Part shown: positions 63,954-64,000 of the stretch, one piece after another
Numbering within the stretch: the first letter of the stretch is position 1
Layout of the letters: each line of letters starts with the position of its first letter
Source of the DNA: Octopus sinensis
Lineage: Eukaryota
NCBI RefSeq assembly: GCF_006345805.1
Contig: NC_042999.1
Coordinates: 94,426,001 to 94,490,000, forward strand
Length of the DNA stretch: 64,000 bases
Direction: 5' to 3'
Notes under the pieces: generated by a model
The model's database searches: none
Told to the model about the DNA's origin: nothing
Seen by the model: the letters and a program-made list of their open reading frames with translations, nothing else
Translations under genes and position numbers: made by a program

Positions 63954-64000
63954 CGCTAATAATTACGTTGTCGCATTGCTGTTATTCTTTTTATCGTGGT

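Overview
AT-rich, microsatellite-dense animal genomic DNA, most consistent with an octopus/cephalopod genome (inferred from the SINE types and repeat landscape). No host protein-coding exon, tRNA or rRNA gene could be supported; nearly all short ORFs in the track are microsatellite read-throughs. The main coding feature is a young, nearly intact Penelope-like retroelement (PLE) of Naiad type at 36507-41151. It has a YRDD reverse transcriptase and a C-terminal GIY-YIG endonuclease split by one -1 frameshift, two ~790-bp pseudo-LTRs, a 236-bp inverted 5' arm, and a type I hammerhead ribozyme (HHR) in each of the three repeat copies. The most striking signal lies outside the ORF track: six sequence-unrelated HHR or HHR-like families within 64 kb. 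These are the Naiad pLTR, a 580-bp tandem dimer with two canonical HHRs (retrozyme-like, 57.1-58.3 kb), a 452-bp palindrome with an HHR in each arm (26.6-27.1 kb), a fold-back lacking the HHR core in one arm (10.06-10.43 kb), a B-box/(AAT)n/HHR short element (49.4-50.0 kb, tail also at 15.2 kb), and a fossil HHR in a decayed second Naiad (23.7 kb). Background repeats are decayed mariner transposons, R4/Dong-like LINE fragments mostly at (AAT)n tracts, three tRNA-derived SINE families, non-autonomous Helitrons and many microsatellites. All structures were read by eye; no searches or folding programs were run.
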